From: Halobacteriovoraceae bacterium
GTDB lineage: Bacteria > Bdellovibrionota > Bacteriovoracia > Bacteriovoracales > Bacteriovoracaceae
Assembly (NCBI GenBank): GCA_963719505.1
Contig: CAVRCF010000003.1
Span: forward strand, 256,001-320,000
Direction of reading: 5' to 3'
Length of the DNA: 64,000 nucleotides
Shown here: positions 38,770 to 48,416 of the stretch, piece by piece
Position numbering within the stretch: position 1 is the first letter of the stretch
Layout of the letters: each line of letters opens with the position of its first letter
The notes under the pieces: generated by a model
What the model was told of the DNA's origin: nothing
Databases searched by the model: none
The model's input: only the letters and a program-made list of their open reading frames with translations
Position numbers and translations under genes: made by a program

Positions 38770-39939
38770 ATGATGAAAATTTACGCTTTTATAACTCTTT
38801 GTTTTTTAACTTTAAGCTTTAGCTCCTTTGCTAAAATAACAGTTAAAGATTTAGACCTGAAAACTGAAGATGGTCGTGGAGTTTTAACGATTAGCTATAC
38901 TGGGAACTTGGTTGATTATCCTGAGTTAAATGTAAATTTAAACTCAGTTGATGTCATCATTCCAAACTCTACAGTTACGAGAACGATTAATAAGAAAGTA
39001 AATTTTGTTACTACGAACAGACATACTCGTATCAAGGCAAGTCAAAGAAGATCAAACGTAACGAAGGTGAAAACAATCGTTCCTTTCACCATTGATAAGG
39101 TTAAAGATAAGGTCTCTTTGGTTATTAAGGATAATAAGATTTTACTGACTTTCCCAAAGCTTAAGGCTGAGTCTGCGTATATCATTACAAAACCTATCGC
39201 AAAAGTTGCGAAATCTGCTCCTGCTGCGGTGAAAAAGGAAGCTTCACCTGTGGCAAAAGACCTCTTAAATGAAGACTATTTAAATTCCCTTATTGATCAA
39301 GAAAAAAGCTTTGCAGCGAACTCAGATACAACAAAAAAAGTTGATAAGGTCAAAACGACTCAATCTAGCCAAGGTGCCACTAAAGCGGCACCAGTAGCGG
39401 CAAAAGCCCCCCAAAAAGGTGTTCTAAGTAGTGGAAAAAGCTCTTTCTCTTTTATGGAGTATGCTGGCAAGTTTGTTGCATTTCTAGGAGTAGTATTACT
39501 TCTGTTCTACGGAGTTGTCACTTTAATGAAAAAGGGTGTTATTAAAAAAGGAAAATTAGGATTTTTAAATAAGACTGATCAGGTGACTGTTCTTAGTCAG
39601 ACTCATATCGCTCCTAAGAAAAGCTTAATGCTTATTAGGGCCCACAACCAAGTCTTTTTGGTGAGTAATACTGAATCGGGAATTCATCCAATTTCTGAAA
39701 TCAAAGATGTTTCGGGACTCATTAAAAATGGAGAAAAAATCATCGCGGGAAATAATTTTGACGATTCTCTCGGAGATGCAAATGACGATACTAAACTTGT
39801 TACGAAAGTAAAAATTAAAGAAGATATTTCTCAGTCAAATAAACAGTCTTCTCTTTCAGAATTTATTGGAACAAAAGATAGAGTTAAATTTTCTGATCAA
39901 ATTAAGAAAAAAGTTAAAGGCTTAAAGCCACTCCAATAA
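38770..39939 (+). CDS. fliO: Flagellar export protein FliO with large N-terminal periplasmic extension
   Basis: Located between fliN and fliP; TM plus FliO core (IAPKKSLMLIRAHNQVFLV). Confidence 0.8.
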   Translation: MMKIYAFITLCFLTLSFSSFAKITVKDLDLKTEDGRGVLTISYTGNLVDYPELNVNLNSVDVIIPNSTVTRTINKKVNFVTTNRHTRIKASQRRSNVTKVKTIVPFTIDKVKDKVSLVIKDNKILLTFPKLKAESAYIITKPIAKVAKSAPAAVKKEASPVAKDLLNEDYLNSLIDQEKSFAANSDTTKKVDKVKTTQSSQGATKAAPVAAKAPQKGVLSSGKSSFSFMEYAGKFVAFLGVVLLLFYGVVTLMKKGVIKKGKLGFLNKTDQVTVLSQTHIAPKKSLMLIRAHNQVFLVSNTESGIHPISEIKDVSGLIKNGEKIIAGNNFDDSLGDANDDTKLVTKVKIKEDISQSNKQSSLSEFIGTKDRVKFSDQIKKKVKGLKPLQ

Positions 39940-39961
39940 AGTTAAACCAGGACGGTTAAGT

Positions 39962-40726
39962 ATGAGTTGTTTAGGACGAACAATCTCAAAATTCAAATTA
40001 CTAGTATTTGCGGTGCTCTTTATGATGCCCGCTTTTGCTTTTGCACAAAACAATAATGTAAATTTACCTGGGTTAAGTGTTAACTTCGGACAAGGAACAG
40101 ATCTCGTTGATACCATGCAAGTTGTGATTCTTTTCACAGTCTTAACATTGGCACCTGCTTTTATTATTCTTTGTACATCTTTTACTCGAATCATCGTCGT
40201 TCTCTCATTCATGAGACAGGCGATTGGGACACAAAGTATGCCACCAAATCAACTTTTGATTGGGTTTGCACTTTTCTTATCCGTCTTTGTCATGATGCCA
40301 ACGGGAGAGTCGATTTATAATAATACGATCACTCCACTCATGAATAAAAAAATTACGTCAATGGAAGCAGTTAGAGGGATTGAGAAAGACCTGAGAGTTT
40401 TTATGCAATCCCAAGTTCGTAAAGCTGACATTGGGCTTTTTTATGATGTGACAGGAAAAGCCGCACCAAATGATATTAATGAAGTACCCATTCATTTTCT
40501 CATTCCAGCATTTATCATTTCAGAATTGAAGACAGCATTTCAAATAGGCTTTCTTCTGTATATTCCTTTTTTAATTTTAGACATGGTTGTTGCCTCAGTT
40601 TTAATGGCAATGGGGATGATGATGTTACCGCCGGTTATTATTTCAATGCCTTTTAAACTTCTACTTTTTGTTCTTGTAGATGGATGGTCATTGGTAACAG
40701 GTTCTATTTTACGATCTTTTAATTAG
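39962..40726 (+). CDS. fliP: Flagellar export gate protein
   Basis: TSFTRIIVV, PPNQ, PAFIISEL, PFKLLLFVLVDGW; start may be downstream. Confidence 0.96.
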   Translation: MSCLGRTISKFKLLVFAVLFMMPAFAFAQNNNVNLPGLSVNFGQGTDLVDTMQVVILFTVLTLAPAFIILCTSFTRIIVVLSFMRQAIGTQSMPPNQLLIGFALFLSVFVMMPTGESIYNNTITPLMNKKITSMEAVRGIEKDLRVFMQSQVRKADIGLFYDVTGKAAPNDINEVPIHFLIPAFIISELKTAFQIGFLLYIPFLILDMVVASVLMAMGMMMLPPVIISMPFKLLLFVLVDGWSLVTGSILRSFN

Positions 40727-40746
40727 GCAACGGCCTAGGAGCAACT

Positions 40747-41022
40747 ATGGATAATACATTTGCAGTCGAAATTACCAACCAAGCGATGAAGGTTACAATG
40801 ATGCTCGCAGCTCCAATGTTATTGGGAGCTTTAGTTGTCGGTATCCTTGTTTCACTTTTTCAAGCGGTAACACAAATTAACGAGCAAACTCTTTCTTTTA
40901 TTCCAAAGATTCTCGTGATTGTTGTCTCCTTGATTATGTTAAGTCCATGGATGATGGAGACGATCACTTCGTTTACCCATGATCTTTATGTTAGTATTCC
41001 TTCCGTTGTGATGGAGAGGTAA
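40747..41022 (+). CDS. fliQ: Flagellar export gate protein
   Basis: FQAVTQINEQTLSFIPK. Confidence 0.96.
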   Translation: MDNTFAVEITNQAMKVTMMLAAPMLLGALVVGILVSLFQAVTQINEQTLSFIPKILVIVVSLIMLSPWMMETITSFTHDLYVSIPSVVMER

Positions 41023-41029
41023 CGATAAA

Positions 41030-41809
41030 ATGATCGATGTCTCAGTCATTGACTACACAGTTTTGATTGCATTTTGGATATCGTTCTCTAGATGGCTTGC
41101 TATTATCTTTCAACTCCCTATCTTCGACAACGCTGCGGTACCAGGGATTGTTAAAGTTCTTTCAAGCTTAATTATCTCTTACGCGTTTTTTCCTGTCGTT
41201 CAGGCAACACTTGTAAATGAGGTTAATATGATAGGGGCCAATAACTTTTGGTACCTTACAATTTTTCACACAGTTGTTGGACTTGCTATTGGATTTTTAG
41301 TTAAAAGTATCATGAATCTTTTTATTGCAAGTGGATCCGTTATGACTCAACAAATAGGCTTTGCCTCGGTAAGTTATTTTGATCCCACTTTTGTTTCGAG
41401 AACAGGTCCATTTGAGAGAATTATTCAGTGGACTATTATCGTGATGATCTTAAGCTCCGGAGCATTACTTCCCATGTTTAAAGGAGTTTTAAATTCTTTT
41501 TTTAGTATTACTATGTTGAATCTAGGGAATTTTTCTAAAATTCATATTTTTTATAATGACTTTTTTAAGGGCATTTTTGAGGCTGCATTTTTATTAGCAA
41601 CTCCCATCCTCTTTACAAACCTTCTTTTAAATCTCGTTATGGGGATTGTTGCAAGAACTATCCCTCAGATGAATATTTTAATGGTGAGTTTTGTGGTTAA
41701 CATCGGAATTGGACTTCTGGTTTTTTTCGCAATCTCAGAAGAATTTTTTCCAGTAGCATACAAAATGTATGTCGACCGGCTGGGCGAGTGGTTCCAGTTT
41801 GTCATATAA
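41030..41809 (+). CDS. fliR: Flagellar export gate protein
   Basis: Hydrophobic; QIGF, RTIPQMNI; between fliQ and flhB. Confidence 0.92.
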   Translation: MIDVSVIDYTVLIAFWISFSRWLAIIFQLPIFDNAAVPGIVKVLSSLIISYAFFPVVQATLVNEVNMIGANNFWYLTIFHTVVGLAIGFLVKSIMNLFIASGSVMTQQIGFASVSYFDPTFVSRTGPFERIIQWTIIVMILSSGALLPMFKGVLNSFFSITMLNLGNFSKIHIFYNDFFKGIFEAAFLLATPILFTNLLLNLVMGIVARTIPQMNILMVSFVVNIGIGLLVFFAISEEFFPVAYKMYVDRLGEWFQFVI

Positions 41810-41826
41810 CAGTTAGGAGATAGTCA

Positions 41827-42903
41827 GTGGCTGACGACTCAGGTGAAAAAACAGAAGACCCCTCCCAGCAACGCATAGACGATGCTAGGAAAAAAGGTGA
41901 TGTTGCTTCCAGTAAGGAGCTCAACAGTGTGCTTATTCTCACTGGAACATTTGCTGTTCTTATTTTTTCATCTCTGTATATTTTTGAGCTTTTATCAGAG
42001 TACATTGAATGGCTTTATGGCTTAGAGATAACGAAAGCTTACGGCCAGGAAATGGGGAAGCAGATTTTGACAAAAACATTTGTTGTTGGAGGAAAAGCAA
42101 TTCTTCCTGTCTTTGCAACATCGCTGGTTCTTGGCATCTTGGCCCAAATGGGACAAATCGGAATCCTTTATTCTCCGGAAGTCTTAACTCTCAAATTTGA
42201 TAGACTCAATCCAATCACAGGCTTTAAAAAAATATTTTCTAAAAAAGCTATCGTGGAAGTTATTAAAGGTCTTTTAAAGTTTGGGATCGTTCTGGGGATT
42301 ACTTATTTTGTCATTTCTCAAAACATGCAAACTTTTATCGGTTTTCTTCACGCAGAAGCTGGGGAATCTTTAAGTTTTGGTAAGGTTTTTGCTTTGAAGT
42401 TGGCGATGAGTATTATGATGGGACTGGCCATCGTTGCAGCTGCTGATTTTGCATGGGAGAAGCATGCGTATAAAGAAAAACTTAAAATGACAAAGCAACA
42501 GGTTAAAGAAGAGCATAAAGAGAAAGACGGTATCTCCTGAGGTTAAGTCAAAAATTAGATAGATTCAAAGAGAAATGTCTCAAAAGCGAATGATCGCTGA
42601 TGTTCCAAAAGCTGATGTCATTATTACAAATCCTACCCATATTAGTATCGTTATAAGGTATGATGGAGAGACGATGGTAGCTCCTCAAGTCATCGGTAAA
42701 GGTCAAGATCACCTTGCAATGAAAATCAGAGAAATTGCAAAAGAGCACAATATACCAATTGTAGAAAATGTGCCCCTTGCAAGAGCTCTTTATAAAACAG
42801 TTAAAGTTGGAGAAGGTGTTCCAAGATCTCTTTATAAAGCAGTTGCGGAAATTTTAGCATTTGTTATACAGAATCAAAAAGAACAAAAAAGCCACTAAGC
42901 TAG
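41827..42903 (+). CDS. flhB: Flagellar export switch protein (indels near 42535 and the 3' end)
   Basis: EKTE N-terminus; ITNPTH autocleavage motif in the second ORF 42575-42898. Confidence 0.92.
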
Positions 42904-42914
42904 AGGATAAGTTG

Positions 42915-45001
42915 ATGTTAGAAAAGATTAAATTATTTTCAAAACATGCAGAGCTAGTGAATTGCTCGTTGGATTAATATTACTCTTGGAGTTATGATTG
43001 TTCCAGTAGTCCCCATTCTTTATGGATTTATTTATCACTCTTACTCTTGCAGCTTCTTTTAGTGATCTTACTTCATTAGTCCGTTTATATCAAGAAACCA
43101 CTAGATTTCTCAACTTTTCCATCAGTGCTTCTTAGTTGTGACCTTATTTAGACTTTCTCTAAACGTGGCTTCAACTAGAAATATTCTTATTCGAGGTGGA
43201 TCCGGAGGATCCAGGTGCTGCCGGAGATATTATTCAGGCGTTTGGTGAATACGTTGTTGGTGGAAACTTCGCTGTCGGTATTATTATCTTTATCATTTTT
43301 GTTATTATTAACTTTATCGTTATCACTAAAGGTGCTGGTCGAGTGGCTGAGGTTGCTGCAAGATTTACTTTAGATGCAATGCCAGGAAAGCAGATGGCCA
43401 TTGATGCTGATTTAAATGCGGGACTTATCAATGAAGCACAAGCAAAAAGAGTCGAAGATGAAGTTGCTCAAGAAGCAGACTTTTACGGGTCTATGGATGG
43501 TGCGAGTAAGTTCGTAAGAGGGGATGCTATCGCTGGTATTCTTATTACAGCAATCAATATTATCGGTGGAATCATCATCGGTATTGCCCAAAATGGAATG
43601 GATTTTGCAGATGCAACGGAAGTCTTTACTCTATTAACTGTCGGTGATGGATTTATCGCTCAGATCCCAGCTACTTATTGTCTCACTGCTGCTGGTATTA
43701 TTGCAACGAGAAATACAAGTGAGACAGGTTTAAGTGATCAGTTGGTGAGCAATTTACTTTCAATCCAAAAGCGATCTATGTTTACTGCTGGAGTTTTTTT
43801 CATGTTTGCTTTGATTCCGGATTTCCTTTTCTTCCATTTTTCATGATTGCTCTTAGTGATTAGCTTTTATAGCGTTTAGAGTTGAAAAACAAAAGAAGCT
43901 GAAACTGCTTAATGCAATGAACATCTAGCAGAAATTGAGAGAAGAAAGAAAACAGGTGACAATCTTGAGGATCTTCTTAATCTTGAAATGGTTGAGCTAG
44001 AAGTTGGTTATGGTCTCGTTAACATTGTCGATAGCAGATCAAAACGGTGATCTTCTTGAGAGAATCTCTCATATTAGAAAACAATTTGTAGTCGATTGGG
44101 GAATTATTATTCCTTCAATTCGAATAAAAGATAATTTAGAATTAAAGCCAGGTGGATATCAATTAAAAATCAAAGGTATTGAAGTTGCGGAAGCTGAACT
44201 TATGAGTGATCACTTTCTAGCGATGGATCCAGGAACTGTTATTGAAGAAATTGATGGAGTTAAAACTGTTGAGCCAGTATTTGGACTTGATGCAGTTTGG
44301 ATTAACGAAGAGCTCAAAGATGATGCTCAGTACAATGGTTATACTGTAGTTGATTTATCAACTGTTATCGCCACTCATATGACAGAGATTCTCAAGTCAA
44401 ATCTTCATGAGTTATTTGGAAGGCAAGAACTAGTTTCATGTCCTTGATAAATTTAGAGCAAGATTACCCAAAAATTGTTGATGATTTAGTACCTGACATC
44501 TTCCTCTGGGATCGTTTTGAAAGTCTTGCAAAATCTTCTTAAGAGAAGGTGTTTCTATCAGAGATTTAAGAACAATTCTTGAATCTCTTGCCGAGCATGG
44601 TACAATAATTAAGGATACTGACAGCTTGACGGAAGTGGCAAGAGAAGCGTCTATACCGAACGATCACCGAAAGAGTAAAAAGTGAACAAGGAGATGTTCC
44701 ACTTGTTTACGCTTGATCGAGGAATTGAAGAATCACTTGCTCAAAATATGATTCAAACTGAGAGATGGACAGCAACTGTCACTTGATCCGAAACTCACTC
44801 AAACAATTTTAGCAAGCTTAAATGAACAGAATTGAAGAGGCAACAAATATGGGAGAAAAAATGATCGTTCTATGTTCTCCTGTTGTTCGTAGGCACTTTA
44901 AAAAACTAACTGAAAAATTTATTCCGAATTTGATCGTTGTGAGTCATAATGAATTAAGTCCTGAAGTTAATATTAGATCTCTTGGAACCGTGAGGGTATA
45001 G
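42915..45001 (+). CDS. flhA: Flagellar export protein (multiple indels)
   Basis: RVAEVAARFTLDAMPGKQMAIDADL, DFYGSMDGASKFVRGD; cytoplasmic domain fragments to TAG 45001. Confidence 0.92.
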
Positions 45002-45004
45002 AAA

Positions 45005-46473
45005 ATGTTTGTAAAAAAATTTGAAGGTGAGACTCTTGATGACGCTCTAAAATTAGTAAAAAGAGAGCTAGGACCAGATGCAATCATCCTAAAAACTGTC
45101 ACGAACAAAGGTCTTGCAGGAGCATTTAAGAAAAGTAAAATCGAAATCACAGCTGCAATCTCGGAAGAAAGTTATTCTAAGAAAGCTAAAGTAGATCATG
45201 TTCTTACTGATGAGCAACAGAGATCATTTTACCAAGGCTCTGCCAAGGATGTAAATATTCAATCAATCAGTTTAATTCCAATAAGCCTTCGGTCAAAAGG
45301 GAAGATCAGCTGCTGGTTATGGTAACATGGGACTAAATAAAGTTGTTAATTCAGTTTCTAAAGCCTCTAAAAAAATTTAAAGATTCTCTAGATGATTTTC
45401 TAACAGATCCGATGAGGAATCTCAATCACGAGTGAATTTAGAAGAATTTATTCGAAAAAATCTCAAGTTGAAAATGGTTCTCGATCCAACTTAATTAACG
45501 AGGCTTATTCAAATATTGAATCTCATCAGGCGTCTCAAGCCATCAAGCACCACAGAGAACGGAAGCTTACTTAGAGATGAATCAAGAGATTAAACAGTCA
45601 ACAAATCAAATTGATATTCTTAGAGAAAAAACTATATGGAGCTTTCTCAATACAATGTTGAAGCTCAAGAGAGAATTCAGATGAACCAGAGGGTTTAAAA
45701 GATCTAAGAACAACACTTAAATCACTTGGATCTTCACGATACAATTATTTGTAAGTTATTAAAAAAGCTTCTTTTGAATTAAGCAACGAAGATCTTGAGG
45801 AAGAAGACTTTGTTTATGACTTTGCTCTTAGAGAGATGAACTCAATGATCTCAACGTTGGAATGCCACTTTTTTCTAAAAGTGAAATGAGTGATAAAACT
45901 GTTGTGACGGCTCTTGTTTCTGAGGCGAGTTCTGGCCAGCTTCGTATGGCCATTAAACTTTCTACTCTTTAAGAAAATGTCCGAGTCATTAAGTTTAGAA
46001 CTAAACCGGGATTGATAGAACAAATAATGATTTTCAGCCCAAAAGGTTTTTAACCTTAGATGTGGTGACAGTTGTAGCACTCTCTCACCTTATGAGTGAA
46101 GCTAGAAAGGCTATCTGCTGAGGGGAAATAGTATCTTTCTTGACATCAAAACAAGTGTTACAGAATCGATGAGACTAAGAAGATTCTTGAGATCTTTGAA
46201 GAGGTCATTGATAATGTAGAAATTTGTCAATACAGTAAGTGCAATTAATTCTGAAGTCTATAACAGAAAAATTGTCTCTAAGTTTAATCGATTTTCAAAT
46301 GGTGTTATAATATCCTATGTCGACCAATGTCTTAATTTTGGATCTTTAGTTAATCTCAATGTTGAATTCAGTGAATTAGCCTTTAAATGTTTTTTGGAAC
46401 AGGAGCAACTGTTCCAGATGATATTGAAGCAGCGACAAGTGAGCGGATTTTATCTGGTATGTTTGAACTATAG
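45005..46473 (+). CDS. flhF: SRP-family flagellar GTPase (multiple indels)
   Basis: VKKFEGETLDDALKLVKRELGPDAIIL N-terminus; FGTGATVPDDIEAA C-terminus. Confidence 0.85.
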
Positions 46474-46559
46474 GATTGAAGTTAAACGGGAATAGCATGC
46501 CCAAGACATTTAATTTACCGCTTAACAGGATGTTTAGCGTCTATGAGGACAGGAAGTTT

Positions 46560-47450
46560 ATGAAGAAAACAAGTGATTGGTTGATGTCTTTCAACCCACA
46601 ATGTTGAGACTGAGATCAAAACAGTCTTAGATCAACGCAAGCAAAATGTATCCCCGAAAAAAATGCACTAGTATCTGTATCACCGGCGGCAAAGGTGGAG
46701 TAGGAAAAACTTCAATTTCACTTAAAATGGCAAAAGAAATTTCACAACAGGTCAACAGAGTTTTACTTATTGACTGTGATTACAATCTCTCAAATACGGC
46801 AATTAAACTAGGTAGACCCCTTTCTAACTACTTTTTTGAGCTCGTGAGTGCAGAAAAATCGTTTGAAGAATGCCTCTACAGTGAAGGAAACTTTCAATCT
46901 TCTTTCTGCATGTAATGGAAGTGTAGAGCTTTTTAATTCTGAATTTAAAATTAGAAGAAGTTATTTTCGATATTATGCAATGAACATGAAAATGATTATG
47001 ATTTTATTCTTCTTGATTGTCCTGCTGGACTCACAAAGAGAGTCACTTACTTTTATGTGCTTATGTGATATGAGAGTTGTTGTCGTTACTCCAGATAAAT
47101 CTAGCTATCACGGATTCTTATTCTTTAGTTAAAGTTTTAAGTCAAAAACATGGAATAAAAGAAAATCATCTTTTAGTTAATAAATATAGATAATCAAAGC
47201 TCAATTCTCAAGAGTTGTTAAAACAATGAGTGAGACAGTTGAAAATTTTCTAGGATGTAGAACTCAAATCCTTGGTGGAATTAAGCGTCTAGACGTTGAT
47301 CAGCAAGGTTTGACGAGTACTTTCTGAGAGCGGCAAAAATGACCTCCACAGAATTTTCTTAAAGTGGTTGAAAAGCTTACCGAAGAGTTAAGCACGATCA
47401 ACATTTGCGTCTGGAATTCATTTTTCGCACCGCAAGAGGCGAACATGAAG
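46560..47450 (+). CDS. flhG: MinD-like ATPase (multiple indels; ends approximate)
   Basis: ITGGKGGVGKT, LIDCD, DCPAG, VVTPD fragments. Confidence 0.85.
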
Positions 47451-47483
47451 TTCGATCACCTCAACGCTTAAGGAGAAAGCTCA

Positions 47484-48274
47484 ATGTCATCACTAACGAC
47501 TAAATTAAAAAACTTAAAAGACTATAGATGTACAATGGATCCTAAAGTTAAGGATGAAATTATTGTTGAATATGCTCCGTTAGTGAGATTTATTGCTCAA
47601 AAAATTGCTTCAAGACTTCCTTCAAATATTGAGCTTGATGATCTTATTTCTTGTGGTGTTATTGGACTTATGGATGCGATCTCAAAATTTGATCCAACTC
47701 GTGATAATAAATTTAAAACATATGCTGAATTTAGAATTAGAGGTTCTATCCTTGATGAACTTAAGATTCTCAAGACTGGGTTCCTAGATCAGTAAGAGAA
47801 AAGACTAAGCAACTTAGAAAGAGCTTACGCAAAATTGAGAGAGACTTTGGTACGTCCAGCAACTGATGATGAGATGTGTCTGAACTTGAGTGTTCTCTTG
47901 AAGAATTTCATGAAATGCTTAAATAAGTCGAAATCAGTTTCCTTCTTAAATATTGATGATTCAACTACTTTTAGTCGAGGCGATAAAAAACTAATGATGG
48001 GACTTCTTAGAGCATAGACGTTCATCTAATCCTTTTGCAGCCGTGAACTATAAAAGAGCACAAGGTGTTATTAGAGGATGGAATTAAGACTCTCCCTGAG
48101 AAGCAAAGACTAGTACTTTCGCTTTATTACTTTGAGGACCTTAACTTGAAAGAAATTGGTCAAGTACTAGACGTGACAGAGTCGAGAGTTTCACAATTAC
48201 ACACTCAGGCTATTATTAAGCTAAAAGCAAAGCTTAAGAATGATTTTGAGTCTTATGAAGATTTAGCCGTTTAA
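47484..48274 (+). CDS. fliA: RNA polymerase sigma-28 (multiple indels)
   Basis: [19 protein letters not shown]...[31 protein letters not shown]. Confidence 0.92.
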
Positions 48275-48416
48275 AAAATACTATATCCCGGCTGATTCAT
48301 TCAGTCGGGCATTCAAAAAATTTCCACTAAATTTCAAGAATTTCTTTAAAGATCACTTCAAATATTAGATAATTTAGCGACTTACGCTGGATGTGTAACA
48401 ATAATTGAGGATTAGG

